A stretch of DNA of 64,000 bases. It comes from Spironucleus salmonicida (taxonomy: Eukaryota). The stretch lies in the NCBI RefSeq assembly GCF_000497125.1, contig NC_090602.1, positions 62,001-126,000 of the forward strand. Reading direction: 5' to 3'. Position numbers and translations under genes: made by a program. This document shows positions 38,635 to 51,569 of the stretch, one piece after another (the first letter of the stretch is position 1; each line of letters opens with the position of its first letter). Below the pieces are notes generated by a model. It made no database searches. It was not told the DNA's origin and saw nothing but the letters and a program-made list of their open reading frames with translations.

Positions 38635-38847
38635 ATGGAGTTCTCAGATCTTGATTTCCCGCTACAAGATGAAGTATAAACAGTCAGTTTTATTCCAACT
38701 TATTAAGATTTTACAGATATAGATGTAAGAGCAGATGAAAGATAGCTTTCAACTTCTGACTCAAATGTAGAAAATTATTTTCTCAATTCTTACTGTTCTA
38801 AGTATAATTCCTCTTAATCATCAATATAAAATTTACTCACAGATTGA
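38635..38847 (+). CDS. Small acidic/Ser-rich hypothetical protein (70 aa)
   Basis: MEFSDLDFP...LLTD*. Confidence 0.4.
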
Positions 38848-39050
38848 TGAGTGTATAAGTTTTTCTTATTTAAATTATAAATTACTTTCATTAATAAGTT
38901 TGTACTTTACACCATCCATTTTTGATTTAGATTATATATTATTAACATACTAGGGTACTAATTTTGTTATCATCAAAGAACTATACTATAGTATAATTAT
39001 ATATTATTGCTAAAAATATAAAATTATTTTTTCATTTCCACTCCACGTGG

Positions 39051-39209
39051 ATGGCCCGTGACGCATAATTCTCAGCTCATCATATAGAACATACCCACTG
39101 CCGTGTTTGCGGTAACGAAAATGCCCTCGTAAACAAATATAGCCTTTGCATCTGCAGAAGATGTTTCCGCGAAAATGCTGCCAAGATTGGTTTCGTCAAG
39201 TATCACTGA
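39051..39209 (+). CDS. RPS29: 40S ribosomal protein S29 (uS14)
   Basis: CRVC...[23 protein letters not shown]. Confidence 0.95.
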
Positions 39210-39248
39210 TTTAATTATGTATTTGCTTAATCTAGCTCACCTACGTTT

Positions 39249-41207
39249 TCATTCTTTAATTTTATGCATTTATTATTCTAATAAAAAATCTTTTATTCCT
39301 TATATTATTTAGCGAGCGTGTGTCTCCTTAAAACCTTTTGATTTCGCCCAGTGATCAAGCATCCGTACCACTGGTTTGAATCTCGATTCTACAAACAATA
39401 TGCACCCGTATTCAGAAGATTTTCTACAAATCCTCCCAACAGCTTATTATGTGATTTATAGAGCATCAAACTCCATATATTCATCCTCTGATATATCTAA
39501 ACTTTGATAAAATTTCATTTATGCCTAAATCCTTGCACTTTGTCTAAACATATATGGTACGCCTATAATAACTACTAATCTACCATACTAGCTTCCTATA
39601 TCAATACCTTCAGCAAAACTTCCTCTAGCGACAGCACAAAAAATAGATCCCCTCCCCATGTCACACGCAACCATGTGACAATTGAGTGCATGTTGCGATT
39701 CTAGTGTGTTATTAGATTCAAAAAATATCAACCTATTCCCTTAAATCTTCAAATTTAACATTTATGTGAATGCAGCAAATTACTCAAGAAATGCAAAAGA
39801 AGGAAAGAATAGCAAAATACCATCAGATACTGTTTTAGATAATTATATAAGCACGTTAGCAACTGATACAACAGTATTTTATTCGAACCTGTGAGTAAAA
39901 TTAAGAGTTATCTCTTCACGATTTAGTCCACTAGTTAGCAAAAAAAGTTTAAAATTTTTATCTAAATAGGTGCTAAATTATATAATATTTAATTAATACT
40001 TAAATTAAAGTCTATCTAACCCCATTATTTGTTTTGAAATATGGAATGGTCGTAATGTTCCTGACATGAATATTATATTAGTAAAACCCTTAATTATCTT
40101 TTCAATACCAATAGCACAATCTAAACATGTTAATTCTACTATATTTCTCTAGTTTGCAAGTATAATTTTAGTAGAGTCTTCGAATTTCATGAAAGGATAA
40201 TCTACTGTCAAAGCAAACTTGTAAGCCTAGTTCGGATAGAGATCCACATACATTAAAATGGAGGCAAATTTTGTCAAATTAATTATTTGTTTCGAAATAA
40301 CAATTGAAATATTGGCTTATTTTAGCACCTAAACAACTATTTTAAGATATCTTATACCCTCAAGAAGCATATTTTTATCATACTTCTGCTAAGAAATTAT
40401 CCTACTAGTTTCAAACTACACATCATAAACGCGAGCTGATTCAATATTTTTAAGTATCTTAATTTCATTCAGAATTATTTAAAGCTATAATATGAACTAC
40501 AATGGTAAAGATTTAATAGTAGTAATTGACTTTAATGCCTTAATTAATATAGCAATATCTTATGCGCACTTTTCGCATTCATTTTTAGTGAATTAAGCAC
40601 TGATTGATGAGGTAGCTACTTTTGGGATATTATGAGCTTCATCAACGATAAGGATAGATGATTCGTCAAATTCATTTAATGCAGATATTTCTGAGTCAAA
40701 AATATAATTATATGAACATACTACAAATTTTGCTGTTTTAGATGCTGCCCGGTTAGCAAAAAATGGGCAGATTTATGCAACCTCAAAATCTTCCATATCA
40801 TTTATATTTTGCGAATGGTAATTGAGAGAATTTTAGTAGAATTAGCAGTTTCTGTATATTTGACTGCATGTATGATCGATATCTGATGAAAATCTTACAT
40901 CTGGATTAATACAAGTTTTTTGCTTAGATGCCAGAAATGAAAGTGAAAATGTAGTTTTAAGTTTTTTCAATTAGTTAACTACGTTAAGTACTTCTTAAAA
41001 TGTCCTAGTAGCATAAATTATTCTACGTTTAGGCTAGTTTAAGGCAGCACATGCAGATAAAAGCGTTTTGCCACCTCCTGTATTAAGCTCAGTTAAAATT
41101 ACAGCTGGTTTAGAAAGTGATCCGTAAATAAATTTATAAAAGTCAAGTTGAGGTTATTATGGTGTGAATGGGAAAAATGGAATTTAACTATTCTAATTGG
41201 TCTACAT
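39249..41207 (-). CDS. XPD/Rad3-family 5'-3' helicase
   Basis: TGGGKT, IYATRT, CPFF, DEAHN, MSGT, FPSF, RGSFAEGID, GVPY, QAVGRICR. Confidence 0.9.
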
Positions 41208-41279
41208 TAAACTAATATAAATAATTACGATATAATAATAAGTATAAAAGAAGAATCGTTTTATTTCATTTCATTAAAA

Positions 41280-41825
41280 ATGGTAGTTAAGACTGTATCG
41301 CCTGCTAAATCCAAATCACCAGGTAAATCAAGTTAAAAATATTTTGAATAAAGATTTAAGAAGGAATCAACAGATGGTGTATACCGCAAAAGAGTTAAAT
41401 AAGTAGAAGAGCCAAAAACCTCTAAGACTGCATTAATCTGTATGGGGCTATTCTTTTTAATGTTTATGTCAAGTACTATATATTCTTTTGCTAGATCAAA
41501 AACTACTACATCATCTGCTCCTCCTAAACGTCCACAAGTGGCCGGTTTAGATATTCCTAGAGAGGTTATGGAAAAAGTATAGCGTCTCACAAATGCTCAA
41601 GAAAGAGAAGCAGTAGTCATGGATTGGGCTTAGTCAGTGGGTATTGAATTCGAAAATAGAAAGGATGGTTCTTATATTGCAACTCGTGATGGCTAAGAAT
41701 ATGTCATTCGTGACGCTGATCCTGACTATGTTCCAGAAGAAGACATTTCCGAAGATACTTCTGAAAACGATATTATTACTGAAGTTGATTATGAAGAACA
41801 TTAAGAAGATATCAATAACGAATGA
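41280..41825 (+). CDS. Single-TM protein with RAMP4/SERP1-like N-terminus and acidic extension
   Basis: Basic N-terminus, TM ALICMGLFFLMFMSSTIYSF, acidic tail. Family call is tentative. Confidence 0.5.
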
Positions 41826-42530
41826 TCACTGATTTTTCTTTATCATCACAACAAGTCTAGCCAATTCAGCTACTGTTCTAGCAACGCTGTAATCATTAGC
41901 TCTCTTGATCAAAATTTCTTTCTCAACAATTGCTGCAGCATTCAAAATTTCTTATACTTTCTCAAACATCGCCTGATCAAAATCGTCTTTTTGGGATAGT
42001 ATAAGATTTAATTCTTGCTATAAAATTGATAGTGATTCAACTATTGTTTAAAAGTCTCTTTTCGGAACCTTGTCACTTAACACCACCTTTTCAACTTCGG
42101 ACCAGTGTAAATCACAATTAACAAGTTTATTTTATCTATAAACCTTGAAAAATGGTTAAAGATCATCACCAGGGGCACAATCTACAGTTAACATTATAGG
42201 AGTGTCTTCAATGGCCTAAAATAATGTTAGTAGAGCAGCATCAGATTCTTACAAAGGTTTAGTAGAATAAAATCCTAAAAATATCTCTTCAGGGTATACT
42301 TTTCTGAACATATAAATCAAATTTTTAGCATACTCTAAATCTAAATAAGTTAAATCTCGCTTTTCTTCAAAAGGAATTGGAAATGAGTTAGAGATTTAAA
42401 TAACCTAATCGGAATAACCCATCAAACAACCTATAACACGTTATTTATTCGTATCTGAATCAACATATCTGCGTCGATGATCAGCAATTTAAAACAATAC
42501 CGTAGGCTATAACTATATAGTGACGTCCAT
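41826..42530 (-). CDS. Non-catalytic MPN-domain protein (Rpn8/PSMD7- or eIF3f-like)
   Basis: PTVLFQIADH, RVIGCLMG, ISNSFPIPFEE, MFRKVYPEEIFLGFYST. Confidence 0.85.
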
Positions 42531-42571
42531 TTAGAGGTGTATATGAAAGTTATAATTATATATAATATTAA

Positions 42572-43417
42572 TCACTAGAGCTGTTTTAATAATTTTATGC
42601 TATATTTTTAGGTCTTGCTTATTTTCTCACTTTGTTACTTAATTAATTATATAATCCCTATAGGAATTTACATAAATTATGAAAATAGGTCAATTAAATG
42701 CAGCTAGCATTCAAATAAATAAACTTTTCGAGTGAAAATATTTAGAATTTGGGATATTTATTCAGAACTAATTATCTGAAGATATAGCAAAGGCTCAATA
42801 ATACCAACTAACTCCTATTATTATACTTATGGAGCATGTTCAAAATTTTTGCAAATAATTTTAAACATTTCTTAGCTATTCATCTGTTCAGGAAATTTTA
42901 TAAACAAATTTCTTATGCATATTAAAGCATAGGTTGTAGCTGGAAATGTAATAAATTATTGAATAATATTAAACACTTAATGATCAAATTCGAGCATTTT
43001 TTCTACGATTATAGCAAAGAATTCAATTTAATCTTTATCGATAAATTTTAATATTTGCTGAATTTCTAAAAGCTATGCATACTCTTCTCTCTGATCAATT
43101 TTAAAACATTCTAAAATTAAATTTAAAAATTTACTATCATTAATAATCATCCAAAAAGAACAACAAATAGATGAAACTAAATTTAGTATTGTCGATTAAA
43201 AATCTGTATCTTTTAGCAAAGTTGACAGTATTTTAGATCGTCCTATAGCAATTTGGGCCGCTTTCATAGAAACTTGACAATAACATATTTACTTCTCTAA
43301 TGTTTATTTAGAAATAACAGAAGTTTTAAAAGCTTCTTAAATTTCAGTATCGGAGATTGTGATTAGGTTGAGCTATCGTGCATGTGATTTGAATTAAATC
43401 GTTCGAAAGTTATTCAT
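42572..43417 (-). CDS. Hypothetical protein (~281 aa)
   Basis: ATG and TAG-TGA share a frame. Confidence 0.5.
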
Positions 43418-43484
43418 TTGTGGTTTATTTATTGTTTAAAAGGTATAAAAATAATATTATAGTAAACTAATAATTCGTCATTTA

Positions 43485-43712
43485 ATGTGGGACACAGTTA
43501 GGGATTTTTTCTAACCGGAAGATTAAAAGATAAGACCTAAATAAGTATAAATATACTCTAATTTAGCATAATTTAGGTAGCCTTATACAAATTTTCCAGG
43601 ATTTCAATTCTTAAAAGCATATAATTCATAGTAAAATATTCATTATAACAATACTACAACTACATAATATAATAACAACTAATCTACCTATGCAAGAACT
43701 GATGTACGGTGA
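43485..43712 (+). CDS. Small hypothetical protein (75 aa)
   Basis: MWDTVRDFFQPE...TDVR*. Confidence 0.45.
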
Positions 43713-43780
43713 GTTTTAAATTATTCTTAACATTATTATATAATATTATTATTGTTTTTATTTTACCACTTCAAAAATAA

Positions 43781-44944
43781 ATGAATTTTGAAGCCAATGC
43801 TTCCAATTTTGTTTACTCAGATACCTAAATTCAATAGCTTAAGTAACCACTTGACGAATTACTAACCTAGACTTCTCAACGTATTTAAGAGATTTCTGTA
43901 AGAGTAAATAAATAAGACCTGGAAATCAAGTAATTCAACTAGGCCATTACAAACGCCGACCTGTATGTAGACTCTCTTATCGTACTACCAGAACAAATGC
44001 ACAAAAATTTGCCTTCATTTAACGCACAATGCACCACAATAACCGGCCGTCGCTCATCGAATGAGGACGAAGAAATCGGCGTTTTACTATCGCAAAACAA
44101 AATCCCTTACTACTAAATCTATGCAGTTTTTGATGGTCACGGCGGTATCGATGCAGCCAGATTTTGCAAGGAAAATTTCGTTAAAATATTCTCGCAGAAC
44201 AAATTTCTATAATTCAACTTCATCGAAGAAGCTATCAAAGAGACATTTTTAGACCTGGACTAGCAATTTTGTGAGCAACCAGGTATCAAAACAAACGTAG
44301 GAACAACGTGTGCTTGCGTCGTTTTCGACCTCGCAAGCGACAAAATTGTGATTGCAAACTGTGGTGATGCCAGGGTATTAATTTACGCTTAAAATGATGT
44401 TTTTGTGACTTTTGATCACAAGCCTAGCGATGTTTCAGAGCAAAACCGCCTCAGAACTTATTTCGCAACTGAAACGATGGAAATCAATGGCGTTCAAAGA
44501 GTAAATGGTTCCTTAGCTGTATCCAGAGCTATTGGTGATGTAGATTTCAAGATCTATGGCGTTCAGTCGAAACCAAACGTTCTGACGGTTCCTTGTAGTA
44601 TAACCGATATTCTTTTTACAATAGTTGCCTGTGATGGTCTTTTTGACGTTATCAGCAACGACTAGTTAATCTCTGCAGTCAAATCAATGCTTGGAATGGA
44701 AGTTTCGTGCAAATCTGAGGATTAAAAATTCTTAGACGGTATTACGGCATATTTTGAGAACAAATTATTCGAAGGTGATGCGATTTTCAGCTAACTCTGT
44801 GGAGAAGTAGGTTAGACCGATTCTGGTGAAGTTAAAATCGATAAAAGTGATATCTGTGGCAAGATCTCATAAGTTTTAGTCAGGGCGGCCTACTTCCTAA
44901 ATAGTACAGATAATATCACATGTATCGTAATTTTGTAAAAGTGA
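43781..44944 (+). CDS. Protein phosphatase 2C (PPM)
   Basis: GRRSSNED, VFDGHGG, ANCGDAR, DHKP, RVNGSLAVSRAIGD, ACDGLFD, DNIT. Confidence 0.95.
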
Positions 44945-44946
44945 AG

Positions 44947-45501
44947 TCATTTCTTGTTCATTTGAATTGATGTTGTACCATCAGCATTTTTAGTCGTCTA
45001 GAAATCATTTATCGACATCCCAAACTTCCCTAAAATTTTATCTCCCCAACCTTTTAAGACGTCAACGGTAGCCCCAAGAGCTTTCTTATCAGCTTCGGCT
45101 TTAAATTCTTTTTCACCTTCACTTAACGGATCCAGTTCTTCAATTTTTGTCCACTCGATCTGACATGCGATCCAGTCATTTTGAGTCTAAAAAAGCTTAG
45201 CAAGTTTCACACGTGCTTTACGGTGAAGTGGGTCAGATTAGAGGCATTCTCTGAGATAGCGTTCCTTATCCTAAATTTAAATAGTAGCTTCACTAGCATT
45301 ATGAGCAATTTTACTGCGAAAAGCAGAAACTGGTAAAGTTAATAGTAAATTATCATAAATTTGCAGGGATTCACTACGCTGACCAGATTTTAATAATGAA
45401 TCCGCTGTAATTTTTTAATAAGCTTCATCATCTGTTTCCTAATAATAAGGGATCGAGAACTCTTATGGGATTGCGGGTGTAGGATCAGAAATTTATTTCA
45501 T
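44947..45501 (-). CDS. TPR protein, TTC1-like
   Basis: TPR-like helices and C-terminal LKGWGDKILGKFGMSINDF...DGTTSIQM, matching the TTC1 tail pattern. Confidence 0.7.
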
Positions 45502-45575
45502 TTTTCTTAGATAGAAACAATTAATATTATATTTTAATTATATTGACATATATATACTTCGATTAATAGGGCATT

Positions 45576-46661
45576 TCATAAAAATAAATTATAGATTACT
45601 TAAAACAATACACTATCTCACATCTCCATTATTCTTATTCTGATGCGTTTAATCTCAGATTACTGTTCTTATATCTTTTCTTCGTGTAATTCAATTTATT
45701 TATTCATTTAATGTATTTAAAGTTAGTCATTTTTTCTTTAGATTTTCAGCAAATTCATCTCTTCAAAAACTTCGTTTAAATGTTTTCTTATTCCCCAAAT
45801 ATCCACTTCACTAGATTTTAATTTGCATGAATTTTCATCAATTTACATACCAAATTTAAGATTTATCTCATTTTAAGTCTCTATTTAAACTTTTTAATCT
45901 AATAATTCCCATTTGACAATAACTTCATTATTTAAAAATCTATCTTAAATATTACAATTATATGATTTAATATAGTGCTCTAGTCTTTCACAGCTTAGCT
46001 ATCTTGATAGCTAAGGAGATCTAAACTTTAATTCTTATTAGTAGAAAATATAGGCAAAATTTAAAACAGGCTGAAACTCAATCTCAATTGGATTAAGCGG
46101 AATAGAAGACAGATCCAAAATAAAAGTAGATTTACCATTTGATAATATTGCAATGTTTTTCATTAATGTTGTTAAAATTGGTAGCTAGTTTATAATAAAA
46201 TATTAAATTTCCTTTAAATGCTTATCATATACAATTAGATTACCAGTATTATTTAGTGAAAAGTAATTATGATAATGAAAAATGTCGGAATCTGATGGAA
46301 ATTCGGCATATGATGTAAGTATTTATTTTGTTTCTATATTAAAAGCATAATTATTAGAAAATATAATAAAATTCTCATGAATAACAGCTTGCTTTGGAGA
46401 TGAAAGAAAAGGTAAGGTATGATAGTGCTAAAATCCCCATTTGTAATATTTATATATTTTATCGTCATGAATTCCTAAATAATAAGACTTATATTCCATG
46501 CCATATTATAATGGATTACCAGCTTCCACAATATCAAATGAAACGCATGATTTTGTAGTTACTTTAAAATCATTTTTACTAAATTCATATGCAATATTAT
46601 TTAAATATCCGTAAAGGTATCCATCAACTTCATGAAGGAAGAATACATCTTCCGGATACAT
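45576..46661 (-). CDS. Hypothetical protein (~361 aa)
   Basis: ATG and TGA share a frame; aromatic beta-rich N-terminal part. Confidence 0.5.
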
Positions 46662-46715
46662 TCTAAAAATTTAGATATATTTTATATAATAACATAATAT
46701 GGAAATTTACGTAAA

Positions 46716-47300
46716 ATGACAAAATGTGTCAAATGTAGCTAAGAATCATAAAATCTATATAAAGGTTTGTCATTTTGTTCTCTTCATTATATTAATTTCT
46801 TAGAAACGAGACTATATAAGTAAATACGATAGCATATTAATAAAACAGATTAACTGTTTTTAAATAATTCTCCTTTTAATCCAATTTTATTGAAAGGTTT
46901 ATTTAGATACTTTAAGTATAATATATAGTTTTTTGATTAGCTTGTTTTCTCAGAGGACTGTCCAGATTATTTACCCTTATATTAAGAGTTTTAACCAGAT
47001 TACTCTAAAAAATAGAATGTGAAACATAAGGCTGAGGAAGAGATTTAATTATCAGCTATTCCAGGCCAAGAACTAGCTATTTAAATTATACTTGGTGTAT
47101 CAAAAGGCAACATACTTACCCCAGTTAAGAATTTTAAAAAATCAGGTTCATTATATTTAATGCGTGATTTTAGCTTTTAGGATTGTGAAAAATTAGGATA
47201 TACTATTGATAATTCTAAATATGGAGCAGCATTGATGGATGCTAGTTAAGATTTTGAGGCGGTATTGGGTTGTATAAGCAGATTAGAAATTGATACATGA
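46716..47300 (+). CDS. Short CTU2/Ncs2-like protein (tRNA 2-thiolation subunit, tentative)
   Basis: N-terminal CVKC...FCSLH; LAIQIILGVSKG and LMRDF resemble CTU2 blocks. Confidence 0.45.
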
Positions 47301-47382
47301 TTTTTGATATTATTTATTATTATATACAAACCTATACACCAGTTTTATGATAATATCAAGAAACTGTAATTTTAAATTATAA

Positions 47383-47883
47383 ATGAGAATGATTTAATAT
47401 AGCAATTATGCTGCTACGATCATTATATGTGTTATAACAAGGTTTCCTTAATGTTTTTTCTAATTTTCAAATTGGGTTTTTATTTTTGAAATTTATTGTT
47501 TCGTTACAAAATTACATTCTCCCAGTTTAACTGTCTTGCAATTATTTATAATTTTATTTTTCTGGACAAATGTTTACCCAAATGTAGATCTTAATAATGG
47601 TTTATATGATTATTATTATATTTTAATGGTACATGGAGTAACCTCATTAGTTTATCAATTCAGTAACCATGTAGTTTTATAAACTAGCTAAGTTTAATTT
47701 ATTTATGGGTTATTCATTCTTAGTTTTTGGCAACTAATTTGTTTTAGCTTTAGTTATTTTTGTTTTGAACTATATGTAGGAGTTTTTACATTCAGATTTT
47801 ATCTTAAAATGATATATTATTACTTTATAAGTGTTATAATATTATTTATTGTATCAAATTTAGGATAGAGTGATTTATAATGA
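47383..47883 (+). CDS. Multi-pass membrane protein, possibly FAR-17a/AIG1-like
   Basis: FFQFSNW, FFWT, MVHG; very hydrophobic. Confidence 0.45.
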
Positions 47884-48162
47884 GAGTTCTATGATAAATT
47901 AAGTAATTGATAATATTAGAATACTACAAAATTTATATGCTGTTAATTATTTCAATTTTGTAATAAATTATACTCAAAATTTAATATCATTTTAACCTAA
48001 ATCTTTCCTTATTAAATTAACTTGGAACTAATTCATATTAACAACCCTTATTGCTTCATAACATTCCATTTATAATTTAGTCACATATTTGACATTTATT
48101 TAGATAAAATAAATATTATACAAATAATGAGCATAATCTGACTTCCCTTTTCCATTCCACAA

Positions 48163-48939
48163 ATGACACTTACTGAAAAAATTGATTTTTTCTTCTCTTC
48201 ATTCTGTGTTAGCTTTTTTGACCCAACAAAAAAATTGGTCGACTAACATAAATATTAAATTCCAGTAGATGATCTCTCTTCTCTTCTTAAAAATATTACC
48301 GCTTCATAAAGTGAGATATTAGATGCAATTTCTTTATCAAAATATCTCAAGTTACGTGATGGGAAAATAACTGTACCAATGCCACAGAAACCCTACGATA
48401 CTGCACTGATTATGTCAGCTTTTCCTAAATGTATGCCAACTTTTAAAGCTAAAAAATTTCTTCAGGATCTCACACAAATTCCTAATATTAATGTTTATGA
48501 TTATATATTGAAATCCTCTATAGAGTAGCTATCTTTCTGCCTTAAATTTGATAATTTAGAAGACAAAGAAAAATTCAAAAAGTTCTTTAAAATGGAGCGA
48601 GCTGAACGTCTTATGAAAGAAAACTGGAATGACTTTCACAGCTACATGAAAAAAGCTAAAAAGTTTTATGAAAGTATAGATTAAAAAGACCCTGCGATTT
48701 CAATTTTGGCAAAATTAGAACAGTTTAAATCTAAAGTTTTTTTATTGGAATTTACTCCTGAAATTATCGAGAGACATAAATTGGGAGTTGAATAATTTTA
48801 CGATGTTAAGGCCTATCGGAGAGAAAATAATCGCCGTGATTACCTTCAGAGGAAAGGTTTATGGAAAGAGGATTTAAATCCAAAAATAGATAAAAAACGA
48901 CAAAAGGAAAATACTAGATATAAAGTTCAGAAGAAGTGA
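48163..48939 (+). CDS. La-motif RNA-binding protein
   Basis: KIDFFFS...IPV...ILDAISLSKYLKL.DGKI fits the La motif; RRM-like region and basic tail follow. Confidence 0.6.
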
Positions 48940-48985
48940 TATTATTTTAATATATATGTATTCAAAATCTGAAATTGTGCTCATA

Positions 48986-50014
48986 ATGAATAAGTCAATA
49001 TCAGGAAATTCGTCTAAAAAATACTCATCATGCTTATTTGATCCTATATTTTCTGAAACTGCTACGGTAACAATGAATGAATAGATAGAGGGGTAGAGCT
49101 TTTAGATATAAAAATGTTAGACTTCCACTTTATAACACGGATTGTGTTCTATAATCGGCAGAAGGCCAACTAATGAAGATAGAGAGCTTATTATATAAAA
49201 TGTATAATTTAAAATTTTTGCAATTTTTGATGGTCATGGTGGGGATTAAGCATCGGCATATTGTTATGCTAATTTTTAATCGATTTTTTAGTCACAAATA
49301 TAGGAAAAAAATCCAGAGTTGGCATTAATCGAGACTTGTTTAATTTTAGATAATTAATTCTCAAAATTAATCCGTTTTACTTCTGTGGGTACTACGGCTA
49401 ACATTGTTTTATTTTACTAAAATGATATTTACTACTGTAATGTTGGTGATAGCCGTTGTGTTGTAGCTTATAATAACAAATTATTTGGATCTGTTGATCA
49501 TACTCCTTCTTATGATAGATAAAGATTAACAAAGCTTGGTGTTCGGGTAATTAATTGCATGGGAGTCGATAGAGTTGATGGGAATTTAGCATTGGCAAGA
49601 GCTATTGGAGATTAATATATGGCTCATTAAGGTATCATAGCATAAGGTGATGCAGGAAAAATATGTATTATTAACGAAATGGATTTTTGTATAGTGGCTT
49701 GTGATGGCCTATATGGCATTTTTACAAACTAATAGGTTAGTGATATTATCTAATCTTGTCTCTAAGGATCTCCTGTCACAGGCACCGCACAGCGTATTTT
49801 ATTAGAAGCTAGTATTGCTTATTTTTAAGGTGACAATATGAAAGGGGATTTGCTGTTAGGGAAAGTTGTTAGTTAACGTGTTTACAAAACAAGAGTTTGC
49901 AATGATGTTGATCCTTAAGCGTCATAAGCTACAAAACTAGCACAAATTTTATGTAAACTTTCATATTGGAAAAATAGTATGGATAATGTTAGCGTTATCG
50001 TTATTTTAAAATGA
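48986..50014 (+). CDS. Protein phosphatase 2C (second paralog)
   Basis: GRRPTNED, IFDGHGG, CNVGDSR, DHTP, RVDGNLALARAIGD, ACDGL, DNVS. Confidence 0.93.
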
Positions 50015-50024
50015 AGTTATATTT

Positions 50025-51461
50025 TCACTTAACTTTCATATTTTTAGATAAGAAATAAATAATTATTGTACATACAGCAGAAATCCCCAAGGAAATTACT
50101 GAAACAATAATTTTTGATTGAATTATGCTAGATAATTATATTTATGAAACGAAGAAATGGTCGTTCTGATCTAATACTAAATATCCAATTATATGCTTTG
50201 CTTATTTTGCGTCAATTATTTTTGAAAAATCACCTGTAAAACATTAGTTCATATTATCGGAATTCCATATTATCCCATTTGTTAATTTAAATCCTGTAAG
50301 CCTATTTTCTAAGAAAATATTCAATTTTCCATAAATAATACCTGTAATCTCAACACATATTTCCTTTTATTTTAGCATAAACGAAACATTTGAGATATTA
50401 TAAAACTTATACCTAGATGCCACAAATATTGAATTTATCTCCAATTTTGTTGAAGTATCAAAAATTGTTAAAGTTAAATATTATAGAGAAGGAAAAACGC
50501 ATTCAGTAAAATCTTATAATTATACTGAATTAAACTACAATACATAGTCTTGGTATTATTCTAAAAATACTAGTTCGCTACATTTCGTTTACAAAATATA
50601 AAAGGTTTCTCTGCAATGATTTTACTCTCTTTCATTTAACACAGAAGTTAAATTATTGATTGAAAATGCAAGATAATTATTATTATAATAATCATGATTT
50701 TATAAAATTTCTGTTAATCGTATACTTAAACTTGTATCATAATTTATTGAACAAATATCTTTTAAGTTATAATGAGAAAATCTAACATAAGCTTAGTTAG
50801 CAAAAAGTATTATATTATCTATATTAGCATTAATACTACTTATGTTATAAAGTGGAATATTTATTAAAACACTAGGACTATCATGATCATAAATTCTAAG
50901 AAACCATTTCTATGAGTAAGAAACCAATTATTAGAGTGAGATAATATCTTATTAATTTAGTGTCAGTATAATATCGTAAAGATTGTCATCTTTTAAAATT
51001 GCAATCTGAGCAATAGATACAAGTTAGCTTTGGAGATCAAAAACTATCTCTAGAACCTTAGATTTCATAAAATTAAGATCACAATTAGACCATTTTTCTT
51101 AAGTAAGATGAAGTTAACCCTTATCTGCATCAATTTTAACGTTTTTAAAACATTGAGAATAATCTGCTAATTCAATATTGAAGAATTGTATTGGTTAAGG
51201 TGCTGCTGTTCCCACTGTAAAATTACCATACCATGTTTTAAGAATAGCTTAATCTATAACAATATTAAAATTAACAAAATAATGATGATTATTAATAGTA
51301 ATTTTAGATATCGATGTTATTGTTGGCAATATTAGAGTAACATCTTGAATACACCCATCATAATATTAATCTGTCGGGATCAGTATTAATTAGACTAACT
51401 CCCGATGTTTTATTATGTTAAGTGTTGAGGTGTTAAAGCAAGTGGATAATAACATAATCAT
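50025..51461 (-). CDS. Type I membrane / surface protein
   Basis: Short N-terminal hydrophobic leader then CF; scattered Cys; C-terminal TM IIVSVISLGISAVCTIIIYFL plus basic tail; AGTGA end. Confidence 0.65.
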
Positions 51462-51569
51462 TTTAATTTATAATAAAATAGTAATAAATTAAATATTATT
51501 ATTTACCAATACTAAAGATAATAATTATATTAAAAGTATAATTTACTACGCAAAATAATTTCACTTTAA

